DNA from: Camelus ferus
Taxonomy: Eukaryota
DNA: 64,000 nt
Reading direction: 5' to 3'
Assembly (NCBI RefSeq): GCF_009834535.1
Contig: NC_045707.1
Location: 58,468,001-58,532,000, forward strand
Below are positions 1-13,760 of the stretch, piece after piece (the first letter of the stretch is position 1; each line of letters opens with the position of its first letter). Below the pieces are notes generated by a model. It did no database searches. It was not told the origin of the DNA and saw nothing but the letters and a program-made list of their open reading frames with translations. Position numbers and translations under genes: made by a program.

Positions 1-2059
1 TTCAATGATAGCTTTTTTTTTTAAATCGTTATATTTCCTTTGGGTCATTTTAGTATTCTCTCAGTAAATCTGTTTGCCAAAGATGGAGTTCTACGAGCTG
101 ATGATTCAGTATACAGACGTGTCTATGACTACTATACTAAGGCAAAAGACACAACAGAGAGGTTTCTTTGAAATCACAGCTTTCCAGGGGTTTGATACTG
201 AGCTTAGAATGAAAGAGCTCAACCAATCCAAGAGCTTGGGCCAACTAGGACTTTCCATAAAAACACCAGGAAGCTTTAATATATTACGTAGCTTAGAGTG
301 CTCTTTGAGATTTTAAGATAATTAACAAAACCCTGAAGTATTTTCAGGGTCCTCTACGGACTCCTTGTAATGGTACACAGCTGGCTCCCTTTGGTAACGT
401 TCAAAAGGCCAATTTTCTTTATTCTTTGAGAATGTACATGTCATTCCCCAGAATATTCTCAACAGAAGTTTTAAAAAATGACAGGGTTTCATCGCGTGGC
501 ACTCTTGCTAACTTAATTAAGTAATCAAGTGATTTGTTATTTCAAGCATATCCCATTGTCTTGCCTGCATTTTGATTAACTTGCTAAAAAAAATTCTCTG
601 CTGATACACTTACTGAGTCTGAGGACCATTTACCAAACCATAATCTTAGAGCTGAAATTGAGGTTGTAAATGGTCATAAATATGAAAATAACACTAAATT
701 AAATGCATTTCTTATCTCAGGAGAAAATTACCATGGAAGGATGTAGAAGGTAACAGATCGCCAATTCCCAGCCCCATTTTGAACAGAAACATTTTCACCC
801 AAGCCCTGTTTTTCAAACATATACTCATTTTTGTTCTCTCCTAAGAAGTCACTCTTGTAACTTCCACAAATTTCCTAGGCTCTTTATGCAGGTAATTGAT
901 GTAAGAGCTTTCCCTATTTGAGTTGTAAATTCATCTAATGATCATTTTTAGTTGTGATATTTGGTGCTTCCCCAGGTGGGGTCCTTAGTTTGCGTCCGTG
1001 TGGGCATTCCAGCATGTTCCTTCGGTTAATCACTGCTGATCCGGACTCCAATCTTTGTATTTTTGTTCTTGGCATGAGTTTATGATTTAATGGTAGCTTT
1101 TCATCAAAAACGTCTGCCCAACTGTGGGTCATGTTTTTTTTTTATTAATTTTTATATTCAATGGGGTTAGTAAATTATGCTTTTGACCTTCACAAGTGGT
1201 TCTTTAATCAGAGTGGTATGAAAATCATTGCCAAGTCAAGAGGACCCCGGTTTGCTTTCAGTGCCTCAAGCTTTATTAAACTAAACTCTCCTCAATTAAT
1301 TCTTTAAAAGCAATTATTTTCTTTACAAATACATTTCTATAAATTGACTTATCAATAGGCTATATATAATCCAGCCTCTTGAGTAGTTAGAAGAACTAAA
1401 AAATTAGTTTCCAATGGACTATTTCTCTTTGGAGTGTTAAGAGTTGGTATTTATGTATCAAAGATTATAAAGCAACAATAGAAGTTTCTTGAAGCTGGGC
1501 CATACTTGTGATCTTTCTGAAGATTTCTAGATCTGTCCTGGAGACAGGCAAACTGGGGTTGGATTGGAAGGATTTCATAAAGGAATTAAGCCTTGAGCAT
1601 CTTCCAGTTACTGAGGAAAATATATATAGCAGAAGGGAAATTTGAGTTTGGTTATCAGAGAGACAAGTATTTTCAGGATGCTGTTTGGCATAAGGAAAGA
1701 ATGCAAATCAAATCTAGGATGAGGATTAAATGTGAAGATGAAGGTAACTTCATGCCTAATGGCTTGTGTTTTATATAATCAGTGGCTTTAAGAGTGAGAT
1801 TATATGAAGAGGAAGTGAGAAGGAGACTCTAAGCCAATAACTTGGAAATGTTCTTGACATGATAGACACATAGGAGCAATTCATCGTGATTGAGATGAAG
1901 AAAGGCACATTTCCATGGCAGGCTTCAAAGTTAAAGAAGTTCTAACTTTGATTAACTTCATTCTAGCTCTCTCCATTTGTTTTTCCAATTGGTACCATAA
2001 ATTGAACCTGTTCTAAAGGAAGCCCGTACCGTTCATTTTCCCTGAACGTGCACCTGTTG

Positions 2060-2415
2060 CAGATTTCCCCATCCCAGTGTTCAGCAACCCCACTCTTCCA
2101 GTTGCTCAGGACAAAATCTATGCACTCATCCTTGGCTTCTTACTCTTCCAGAGTCAAGCAAATCCTCTTGGTTCTTCCTTCAGGATATACTCAGAATCTG
2201 ACTACTTTTCATAAACAGTCCCTGCTTCATTTTCCTCCTAAACACTTAGAATCTAGCACACTTTGTATCTTACTCACCCATCTTGCTTAGTATTTTTCTT
2301 CCCTTCTAGAATATCAGCCTTATGAGAGAGAACTGACTATTCTATTTACTGCTATATCCTTAGCCTCCAGAACGGCCAACACATAGTAGATGTGCTACAC
2401 TTTTTGAATGCAAAT
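2060..2415 (+). mobile_element. L2 3' fragment
   Basis: ttccagttgctcaggacaaaa..tcatccttg, then ctagaatatcagccttatgagag and acacatagtagatgtgct..tttttgaatg tail. Confidence 0.7.
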
Positions 2416-4105
2416 AAAATCAGTAGGGAAGAAAGAGGAAAGGGCAACACACACTGAATTAGATTTGCTCTTGGTTGATTCAACAGCTATTTTTGTGTAC
2501 TCACTATGTGCCTCCTTGAATAGTCAGGTGTTTAAATCTTGTGTATATTGTATATATTTCGTTAAGATGCTAAGTTATCCTTAAGATTTCAGATAAAATC
2601 CAGAATATATATCATGGAATACACAATACACATGTATTCATAGAATACATACTTGTGGCACTGAATGAATATATATCTCCCCATTTATTTGGGTTAACAA
2701 GTTAGTACCTGCAAATTTATAAAATCTGAAGGATCTCATCACATTTGAATAGAATTTTCTTGGAAAGAACTCATTTTCAGAATTATAATTAAACTTTTCT
2801 CACATACACTATCTTCTGTTTAATTTCATTCAAGACCAGAGTGATGACGACGAAATAGGTGTTAGAGTGTAATTATAAGCATGCTTTAGAAAATGATGGG
2901 GTTTTTCTAAGTAACAGATTTGGTGTTTTGAGTAAATTGTGTATCACTTTAGCATCCTGGATATTTTCAATTTATAATCACTCAAAGGATTGCAAATCTG
3001 TAAGGGAGAGAGGGAGACTAAGTTGTTTATACAACAGTGGTAATAAGGTCAACGTCTGAATTTTCAAAAGCAACTCTATTGTGTAAATGGGATTAGATTT
3101 CAAGAGGCAGATGTGACATCTTGGAAAATGGAAAGAGGAGAGAAACTGAAGATTGTGCTTTGTAGTCCGTATGATTTAAATAGTCTTAGGAGTTTGTATA
3201 TTTTATCTTATTGGATGTAAAAATGACCTACTTTAGGTTGGAGATGGCTGAATATCTTTTTAAAAACATCAGAAACCTCAGTCAATGTGATTTACTGACT
3301 TGTATTTACTATGAATCTCAAACCAAGCCCCTACTAAATATTAAGAGTATTGTGCCTTTGTGAGATGTCTTTTCAGATAGGAGGCTCTTGTCAAAAACGA
3401 AGTGAAATAGATGGAATCTGATATTTGTGAATGGCTATGTCACTAAGTTAAAACTGTATCTTCAAACAGAATAAGGCATATTTACTAACATAATAGTAAT
3501 ATTAATAAAATTTAAAGGGAGAATAACATTTTTGTTGATATATAAAACAATTATAAAATGCGTATTTTATTTTTGCTTTAGCCTTTAAATTGTTTTACTT
3601 GTAAATAAGTATATAATGTCCATTTTATATTACTACAATCTTAAATGTACAACATTGATAAAACTACAAGTAACCATATAAATGAGAATGTTCTCAAAGT
3701 GTTAGGTGAACATCATCAAAATTTGAAGATCTCTGATCTCATCATTAGACAACTGGTTAAGCTTTGATTATAAAGAAGGGATAGCTCCCTTCAGCCCCAT
3801 CCTCTTTGGATTTCACAGTGTTTATCTGGCTTACAAATAATTATTTGGAAAAGAGATAATTTTGAGAAAAATGACCTATAACTCCTAAATCAGTCTACAT
3901 CCATTGGGTGAGGGAAATCTTTAATTTCATATCCTGTTAATTTTTTTTTAATGCAGGCTTTAAAAAATTTTTTTTAGTTGTTTGTTATTCTTTCTGAGAC
4001 CATAGGCTCCATAGGTGGATGGATCACGTCCATCTAATTGACTGAGTCTCAAGAGCCCAGTGTAGCACTTTGCCCAGATGGTGACTGAAGTGCTGAATGA
4101 CTGGG

Positions 4106-4142
<37 letters not shown>

Positions 4143-4340
4143 GTTTTTAAGAAGCCAGAGATAATGAGCAAAGAGGAGGGAGGTGAGGACATGATGGTGA
4201 GGGGGATTTCTCACTTTATAGGATGATGGCAAACCTTGGACCAAGAAGGGGATTTAGCCTGGCGATTGAAATTTAAGACCCACTTGTTTGGGGGATCCTC
4301 CTGCTGTCTAACCTAGTATGGTGTTAGTTCATGTTACTTT

Positions 4341-4570
4341 CTTTACTTTTTTAAAAATTGAGGTATAGTCAGTTTACAATGTTGCATCAATTTCTGGTGT
4401 ACAGCATGTTTCAGTCATACATATACGTACATATATTTATTTTCAGATTCTTTATCTATAGTGAAAAGGTTATTACAAGATACTGAACATAGTTCCCTGT
4501 GTGCTATGGTATAAACATGTTGTTTATGTATTTTATATAGAGTAGTTAGTATCTGCAATTCTTGAACGTC
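4341..4570 (-). mobile_element. 5'-truncated L1 3' end, lineage-specific
   Basis: T-rich tail followed by ttgaggtatagtcagtttacaatgttg...tttctggtgtacagca, the typical antisense view of a cetartiodactyl L1 3'UTR. Perfect 15-bp TSD agttcatgttacttt at 4326-4340 and 4571-4585. Confidence 0.85.
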
Positions 4571-5959
4571 AGTTCATGTTACTTTATACATCATTTGCTT
4601 TTTCAGACATACTGACAACCTTCCAGAGGTTTGTTCTACATTTCCTAGCCAGTCTTGAAATAGACACTGATTTAGACTGTGTCTACCATGCCGGCTTTAG
4701 GTTAAAGAACTAACTACAGTATTATGCCTAAAGATACTGTCCTTTCTCTGGGAACATAATCGGTAATCCTGGGAGTATCGTTGTTACAATCACACAGCAT
4801 CATAATTGAGCCGTGCTAATCAATTTGTCTGTAAGTGTAATCTGGATAATTCCATTGTGACATAATGTCTTAATGTACTCAGTTCCGTTCAACTTAACTT
4901 CTGACTCAGTTCAGTTCATACTATAAGCTCAACATGGTGGAAGGGGATAAAATGAAATATCTGCATTTTCATTTTTATTTCAACCTTTACGGGCCCTGCT
5001 TTAGGCAAAGCTAGATGATGGCCACGCAAAATGAATTAAGTCGGGTCTCTGGCAAAAAGAATTTAGGAAGAGCCACAGGTACCTACAGAGTGTGATAAAC
5101 CATGGGAACGGGTAACTCCACTGTGCCCTGGGGACACAGAAAGAGGGACAAATAGGGTGCCTGGCAACCCTGATGATGAAAGAGTTCAGTCTCATGAATG
5201 AGGAAAGGCATTTACGGGACACAATCAAAGGAAGACAAACCTGTGATGAAGTGAAATATGTGGACAGTATAAAGACGAGGGAAAATGACGATGGGGCTAA
5301 GATAACGGGAAGTTTCCTGGAGAAGCAAATATTTAATTGGTTCTACCCAGGTCAGTGGGTTTGTTTTTTGCTACTTTGTGCCCAACTGACAGAGGAGGGG
5401 CAAAAAAGAAAGGCAAGATGACAGGAAGCTTTTTAGCTCATACCTCTGGGGCATGACTTCTGAAATGATGAAAGGAAATTAAAACTGCCCAGAAACTCGC
5501 TGGCTGCCTGTGATTGGCTTCCCACTGGGAAGTCACAGCTCGCTGTTTCATAGCTGCTCTTTTTTGCATTATGTAAACTTGTAAACACTAACCTTCCTCT
5601 CTCTCTCTCCCCACCACCTCTCTCTTTTTTCAGTTGTTGGAGAAAACATAAATTCCTTCTGGACATTATTTTCCAGCAGAATTAAGAAACATGAAAAAAA
5701 AAAAAGAATAAAGAGCATTTTTTTTTTTTTTGCTCATTAGGGCATTGGCTGTTTATCTATGAAGTCACAGGCATTTGCATGTGTTGGCATCCGCAGGCAC
5801 AGTTGGGTAATGTTACTCTGTCAAAATAATCTATAAGGGTATTAATTGTGAGTCAACTGATCATTTTGCAGCTCAGAAGCATTTATTATCTTTTAGGGTT
5901 GAGGTTTCTATGGTTTGGGGATTATGGCCAATTGAAATGACAGCGTGCACAGTCTAGAC

Positions 5960-6170
5960 AGTGGAATGCAGTGGGTAAGCAGACCGGCTTAGGTAACAGA
6001 CCCAGCTGGAGTGAGGAGCCGGGACCGCCATTCATTCACTCTGTGACCTTGAACACGTCTCTTAATGTTTAAGCCTTAGTTTCCTCATTTGCATATGGAG
6101 ATAATCTTGACCTCATGAGATTAGGATTAAAGGAAACCCAGAGCAGCACCAGATTACAGCTATCATCATC
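5960..6170 (+). mobile_element. MIR SINE
   Basis: Core ctgtgaccttgaacacgtctcttaa...aagccttagtttcctcatttgcatatggagataat. Confidence 0.7.
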
Positions 6171-9100
6171 AGTGGTCGTCCATTTTTTTAAGGGAAAAAT
6201 ACTGGCCCTTTGTGGGGATAAACTTGTCTTCAATCGATAGGCTCTGCCATGTGCTAATATTAGCTTCAGGCCGAGCGTGATCATTTAGAGCTTTCGCTCC
6301 CACCTAGAATGCGACAGTTTTAGGAGATTGGAGGGATTTAACAGGTTAGCCCCCTACCTGCGGTGGTGAGTAGGGCACCATTTCTGACCCTGTGTTTCTG
6401 CTAAGCTTGCCTCTAGCCTTTTGCTTAGGTGCTGAAATTGAAAGAACCACGTAGGGGTCTCCACTGCTGAGACCCACTGATCGTACTTGACACCTTTAGA
6501 ATTAACAAGAGTAAGCTGAATTCTTTCCCCACGTATATGCAGGCAGTCATCCTGTCCTCTCTAGATCTGTTCTTCGTAGCTTGAGCATCTCCAAGTCCTT
6601 GAACAGCTCCTCAGTAGAACAGACTGGATCTGCCCTCTGCGTGACCCTGGTTTCCCTCTGGATTTGCTTCAGAAAGTTAATGTCTCTCCTCTTCAGTGTG
6701 TTTCTGGAAGCGAATGCAGTATTCCAGACTTCTCAGTGAAGAGTATCAGAGCTCAGTGGCCAGTCTCATCTTTGAAATGAATAATCCCAGCTGGTAATAA
6801 GATTTCACTGCTGTTCTACATTTCAGGTTAAATCATTTTGAAATTTAAATGGAAAGCTAGGGAGGCAATGACAAGAACAACTCATACCAACAGCAGTCAA
6901 GCAGAAATAAAAAGTCTTTTTGCTCATTGACCTACCCAAGATGAAAAACGGTCCCACTCCTGTATCTGGCTTGTAAGCAAATATTAGGTTCTAGTAGCTT
7001 TAATAACGAGTTCCTTTTACAGCAGTAAAGGTGGTTAGACCAGGTTAAAAAGTTCCAAGTGGTAGTTATAAGAATTAAAATCTATATGCTATAATAGCGT
7101 GGGTAAGTTGATTTAAAAGGTAAATCTCTGTATAAAAATCTGGTGTGTCTAATTTGGCTGGTGGATAGCATCTTTCTGATTAGCTTTGGGCTAAAGTTAC
7201 ATAATACTTTAATTCTATTGTGTTGTATATTTCTCCAGGAATACTAAAGGTATCTTGATTTAAAGAAATAAAAGCACCCCTGATTGCAATAGGTTTGTGA
7301 ACAGATTGTTTTTAAATGTGAGGAGCAGGCTGGAATGTACCTCCTAGTCTCCTGTTGACAGCTGCCTTAGCATCCTGTGAAGCTCTGACACCTTTATCCC
7401 TGGGATATAGATGGTCTTCGGGTTCATAGCTCCACAGAAAATGTTTCCTAGGCAAGTGGTTTCACCTTGGGTCAGGCTGGCTGACCCAAGTTGGAGAGAG
7501 GCACAGTTCAGCATTACTGATGGGGGCAAATTTAATAATGAGTTAAGGAACAAATCAGAGTGGCACAGAGGAACTGTCTCTGCTGTAGGACACAAGTGTT
7601 CACATTTCTTACCTAGTATCTTAGTAAGTATTTTAACTGAGTTCACATGGGCACTTCTTTCACTTCTGACCTGAGAATTTGTAGAGCTAAGTGAAAGCTG
7701 GAACCTTGACCATTCAATTATTATGTACCAGCAATGGGCAACAGAGGCTGACTCACAGTGTATCCAGTTGTATCTAAAGGTGTTCATTAGCTGGGACACC
7801 ACTGTTTGGAAAGATAAGCTGGGGTTACTTTGGGACCAAGTCCTGCCACTTGTAGTCAAATTGCCAAAGCAACAGTGGGTTCCATCTTGTGTTTCATTTC
7901 AGAGAGTTTGTCCAGCAACCAGGCATTAACTTGATAATTAGGATGACAGAGGCGCTCTATTCCTTATTCCTATTTGTTGGCCCAATTAGCTGTGTTTATC
8001 TTGGAACTGTTATCATAAAGAACCACTTGAAAGAGAATTCTAGTATCTCTGAAAATTCGAATAACTTAAAAAGTTGAAAGAGGTAGAAATATATACTTAA
8101 GAAATAAGACCAGTAGCATATTTCTCATAAAATAGGCTAGGTCTTGTGGCCAAATCTTAAGAGGAGTGGGGAGCAGAGTCTTCCAGCCTTTGGATTTTCT
8201 CCTCGGAAGTGGTTAGTCTCAGCGATGACTGCCATCCAAATAATGAGGGTGTATTCTTCAAACACACACCCAGTATTAGCCATATGGGACCAAATTTCTA
8301 GGAGCCAGGAGATGGTGAGAAAGAGTGTTAACCAGTAATCATCTCTGGCTTAGAAATACATTGACAACACTATATAAATGCTGGTTAGGAGTTTCCACCT
8401 TCCATTGCTTCATTCGCTCATGTACCAATGTTAATACCCCAAAGGTCTAAATGGACAGGATCAGAAAGGTTCAGGGCTTCAGATCCAGGTTTTCCAGTGC
8501 TGTTCTCTCCCGCTGCATCCTGCTGTCTCTCAGGAGAGGGTCTGTTTACGGCTGAGCTGCAACTGCACTGGAGGCCAAGGAGGCAAGGACAGATGCTGGT
8601 ATTTGCAGATAGGTCTTTATTAGTAGGCTTTGCCCTGTAATAAGCGTTAAATCACGCCTAAGGCTTGGCTCTTGGCAAGGTCAGGGCATGGGATAAAGCA
8701 TTCCTACAGAGTTAAATTCCTGTCGGGAGGCTTTTAAGGTTTTATATTTTAATGAAGTTATTAAAATGAAAGTTCAGACTTGCATAATTCATAAGCACTC
8801 GTTGCCTTTTTGAAAATCTCTGCCACTGAACTCTTTTTTTAAATTTTCAGTGAAATTCTTATATCAAACATGAGCACGCCTTCTAGTTAAGATTAAAATA
8901 GGTTTCTAATTCCAGTAAACTGAAGCCCCCCGGACATATAACACAGCTCTTCAGGCTAGTTTCAGTCATGGTGTTTTCACTGCATGTGAAGGAGATACCA
9001 TAGCATTCAAGGGCATTTTCTGGATATGTACACCTTGAACTGGCAACTTTTCATATAAGCAGCTTTCCAATGTTGAAGTCGCTTTATAAAATCTAGAAAT

Positions 9101-9569
9101 TGAGAAATTCTCTTAAATGTTGGTTCTGACTTTGGTAAAGGTATGTATTTTTACTTTGACTTTTAGTGACTGTCACAGATACCCTCAACCTGCTATCAAA
9201 GCAGTGCTGCTAGATTTAGTGTGTTAATGGATTCAAACTCCTGCAAACAGAGCTGATGAAAATCTGAATCTACAAACTAATGATGTGATTTTTTTTTTTG
9301 TACTCTTTGCAATCAATCAAGGTTGTCTTTTTAAGCAACACATTTTTAGGTTCTGAACTAAGGGTAATTGCATCTGACTTTAAAATCCTTTCTTATTTAG
9401 AGGCACGATGAGACTGTATAAATGTAACATTTTATCTTTCAGCAACAGGAGCCAGTAGTAAAAGCAGCAAGAAAATTTTAGAAATATTAAAAAAAAAAAA
9501 TAGGAACTTCCTCCATTGTGTTTGTCTTCTTGATAGGTAGGAACTCTTGGTCTTATGGGGGTAGTAATG

Positions 9570-10110
9570 CCTTTTTTTGCTTTCTTCCAATCTGTTAATG
9601 GCATTTAATATTAATTTGGGAGGAACTGACATCTTTACTATATTTATATTTCTGTCCAGGATAACATTCTGTTAATCTAGGTCTTGCTTTAAGTCCTTTA
9701 GAGAAGTTATAGTTTTCCTCACAGTTACATTTATAAGGGTATTACTAAATAATTGCGGTACGTCCAAACAAAAGGAAGTAGAAGTAATGACACATCTACA
9801 CATACTGGCCTGGAAGGACCTCTATTATATATGGCTGGGTGAAAAAATACTAGAGTAATGTGTTTGATAGGATCTCATTTCCATAAAATGCATATGTATT
9901 AGATGGGCATATAATTTATACAAATCCAAATAGAAAATCTGGATATGAAATTGCAAATTGTTTCCTTGAGACAATTAACTATCTCTGAATGAGGAGGAGG
10001 TAAGGGACTGGTTTGGGGACTAAATTTTTTTTACCTTCCATTTTAAATTAGTACTGAGATAGGTTATTTTGATTTTATTAAGGTTCTTTATAATTTGAAA
10101 ACTAAAAATT
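9570..10110. mobile_element. Ancient L1 fragments (antisense ORF2 piece, then L1ME-like 3' piece)
   Basis: attaatttgggaggaactgacatctttacta is a classic antisense L1 ORF2 motif; the A-rich downstream part resembles an L1ME 3'UTR. Confidence 0.5.
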
Positions 10111-10958
10111 TAGGGTAACACTGTAACAGGGCTATTGGTGAAAGCATTTGTTTCCTTAATTAGGATATGAAAGTCCATAATACCGTGAACAAGTGGCAGC
10201 GGTAGGACTGTAGACAGCTGTAACCCCTCGCAGTTCCCTACGTGTGTGTCGGCTCTGTAAGTGCACTGCACTAAGTATGCGTTCTGCTCTTTCTGGTTCA
10301 CAGGGGACAATTAATGACACTATTATAATACTGGCTGAAATCAGTAGTTTGAAGTCTAGAATTTCCTAAGTCAGTCAACCATGTTGCTTTCCTTGTGCGT
10401 GAAAGCAGTTTTATATCTTTCAAGGAGAGGAAATAATGTGATTGTCTCATATTTTTCAAGTTAAAAAGTTAACTTCCTAGACAAACACTTGAAATCATTT
10501 ATTTGTAGAAGAAAAAAAAAATAGAGAAAGTCTTCTATTTTTCCAGGGACCATGGAGAATGATGAGAAGCAAAGGTTAGGCCATTAGTAATTCAAATAGG
10601 CAACCGGATGCTGAGGCTCTTGCCTTTCTTATGTAAGGAGTTAGTCTGTAAAGCAGGGAGCAAATAAGACGCTGAGTCATTGCCTTGGCTGTTCGTGTTG
10701 GGCTGAAGCTGTGACCAGGGGACCATTTTTGCCTTTACTTCTTTTTCTGGAAGATGTCTTTATGACTCTCACTGAGGAATAATTGTAGTAAAATGTGCAT
10801 TTCTGAGTTACCCTTTTCCTTTATCTCAGGGAAATAGTAAGTTCCACTTTTTTTTTTTTAAGTGACTGGGGGATTAAAGAAGAAAAATTTGAAAACAGTT
10901 AAAAATCAATTTCAAGAATTCTCTTTCACATTTCTGATCTTATTTCTTAGTTGCTATG

Positions 10959-10961
<3 letters not shown>

Positions 10962-10991
<30 letters not shown>

Positions 10992-11102
10992 TGGGAAGGA
11001 GGTAATTAGATTTATTTATTTTTAGAGGAGGTACTGGGGATTGAACCCAGGACTTCGTGTATGCTAAGCATGTGCTCTACTGCTTGAGCTATGACCTCTC
11101 CC
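10962..11102 (-). mobile_element. tRNA-derived SINE, camelid vic-1-like, full length with A tail
   Basis: Minus strand reads GGGAGAGGTCATAGCTCAAGCAGTAGAGCACATGCTTAGCATACACGAAGTCCTGGGTTCAATCCCCAGTACCTCC (Pol III A and B boxes), then an AAAT-rich segment and poly-A. Target-site duplication tgctatgtct at 10952-10961 and 11103-11112. Confidence 0.88.
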
Positions 11103-13494
11103 TGCTATGTCTGTTATAATAAGATTAGTATTATATGATGCCAGAAGAATTTCATTAAATATAGAGAGTTAAGTCAGATCCGTTGGAAGAGGAAGGCAAA
11201 ATCACTGGTTAGATTGCCAAAATCTTAGAATCTGTAACTGGTTGTCCAGGCAGGGCATGTTGAGGTATGTTCCCCTAACATAAATGCTCTCGCTTCTGAG
11301 AAGGCAAACCTACATAGACACCATCTCTGTTCTCAAGGTAGCTCAAGATACAAAACAAGATGATGAAGAAGGAAAAAGGATGATAAATTTATAGCAGACA
11401 TCAGGAAAATAAGGGATTAAGGGACAAAATACAAACAGTATATCCTTTTGGAAGTGGAGGGCACTATAGTCGAGTGCAATTTTTTTTAAAAAGATTGTTT
11501 TTGTTGTTTCTAGTTCTCTGAGCATCGTTGCTGTGTTTCAAACTCAATAGTATTTTCACTTTTGTCGCTTATCTGTTGTAGGCCTAATGGGAAATTGTAG
11601 CTTCATAAAAGGAAGTGAAAAAATGGCAGGACATACGTTTTTAATAGCTTTATTTAAAAACTCTGTCAAAGACAGATAATACAGATAATAAACTCTCAAA
11701 GCCCATGAAATAGTTTTAAAATCAGGACTACTGGGGGGCTTGAATCCTGCCAATGCAATTACCTATGAGAAAATCTGACCTGCCTTCTTCCTTTCCTGTG
11801 TGCTGAATAGAGAGCATATGATAGACTGGAAACTCGAAGATGCGAATGTAGGCGTTCTGGGTTGAATTAGTGAGCTATGCAGCTGTGGGGCCTGTTTCTG
11901 ACGGTGACCCATGGAAAAGCATGAGGTCTGACAGGACAAGACAAAGTCAAAGTGTGAACATGTCTCCTTTTAAGTCTGTAACTCAAAGCAGACCCATACA
12001 TGGATCGCCATTTGTTCCATCTCCTAGAGGAACAAGTTTTTTTTTTACTACCCAACTGTAAAGTAGCAAAGAAAATTTGATGAAGAATTTTAGAGTAGAA
12101 AGGTGCCTTTGAGCTTGTTCTCAACGGCCCTCCCTTTTATCTATTCTCCTTCAATCTTCAAAGTCACTTCCTAACTCCAGCATTGTGAGATGTGATAAAC
12201 AGTGAGGTATCACTCCAGCTCTGCATTTCATGATTTTCTGACTTTAATCAGATCTCAGCTCAGCCTTTGTTTTCCAGACTACAAAGTCCCAGTATTCTTA
12301 GCCTGTCCTCACACACAGCTCCTTCATCCCTGTTTAGCTGCCTCTGTGGTCCTCTAACCCCACTAGATCTTTCCTAAGGTAGGTGAGTTTCAGTCCGGGA
12401 CAAAGGTAGGACATTTTTTCCCTCTTGAATTTATACTGAATTCTTACAATCTTCCATGACAACACCAAGCCTCTTTGGTTGTAGTGACCCACTTGAATGT
12501 CTTCAATGGATGGTTTCTATGTGACTTTTCTTGGTTTATAATTAACCCTATTATTTCACACTCTAACTTAAAAAATAGCTTTCTTTTTTTCCCTTTCAAT
12601 GTATTATTTCTAAACTTGCCCGCACTGAAGCTCATCTACCGCATGCTGGCTCACTGAGCCTGGCAAAATTCTTTTGACTTACTAAGCTTGGAATTTCAGT
12701 GGCTGCAAACATGCATGTTACCTTCAAAATTGGGAGTTTCAAGGTAACTGGTAAAAATTCACAGACCTCTTTGGAACTATTTCTGTTTCTGTCTTCTGTT
12801 TCTGGATCTCTTGTTAACAGTTTTCAGCTCAGCTCTGTTTTCCTGTTGTTTCAATTCAGATCTCTTCAGTTTTATTATTTAAACATAATATTGGCCTGCA
12901 GAGTCCCGTAGCACTTCATAGGGGTAGTAAGCCTTTGTACTATTACATCATATTGCTCCCCCCGCCCCCAGCTCCATAATATCACATACTGCCTTCCAGA
13001 ATCAGCCCTTGATAATTCGAGTAGCAGGCAAATTTTTTCTTCAGTCTTTCTCTATCACCTAATAGGCACTAGAATCCCTTAGACTTGGACGTTCTTCCAT
13101 AGCGTCCTTGCAATCCCCCTATTCCTCTACCACTGATACAGCTGAAACTGCTGTGTTTGGCATCTCATCTTCTTCTGTGTGTTAAGAATCAATCATTAAA
13201 ATAACATTTCAATCTGTACATTGAAAAACTGACAAGATCCTTTCAGCCTGGAAATGTATTAATCTTTGATGTCTGATCTTCTGAACTTGTTGTTACTGTC
13301 TTTGCTATTTAAATGACCCAAAACTAATTGAACAGTCAACCAACTAATTTATATTAGTTTGGCTTCCATGATCGAATTTTAGTTGGGGCATGAGGGCATT
13401 CTGCAATCAGGTAGAACTTTTGGCCATCTCTCAGGCTATAACGTGTAGCTGGCCATCTGTTGTCCAGGTTGAACCGGGTGAGAAAGGATAAGCA

Positions 13495-13760
13495 CTTGGA
13501 AATCATGTTTTACCCGTGGAGTCTGAAGACTGCTTGGGTTGAAATCGTGAATCTGCCAAATACTAATTCTGTGATGTGGGGAAAGATGTTTACCTCTGTG
13601 TGCTTCCATTTCACCAATAAAATAGGATTAAAAGTAGTATTTACCTCATAGAGTTGTAAATGCAGATTACATCAGTTAACATATGGAAAGCTTAGGTTTA
13701 CACATGTCAGGATGGTGTCTGGCTCACATTGTGCTATGAGAGTGTCTGCTGTCATTTTTA
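13495..13760 (+). mobile_element. MIR SINE
   Basis: tgggttgaaatc..tctgcca..tactaattctgtgatgtggggaaag..tttacctctgtgtgc..tacctcatagagttgt. Confidence 0.7.

Noticed and set aside
7344..7859. 171-aa minus-strand ORF (sense to SYT1)
   Set aside because: No similarity to synaptotagmin or any domain I know, and a non-ATG start; consistent with chance.
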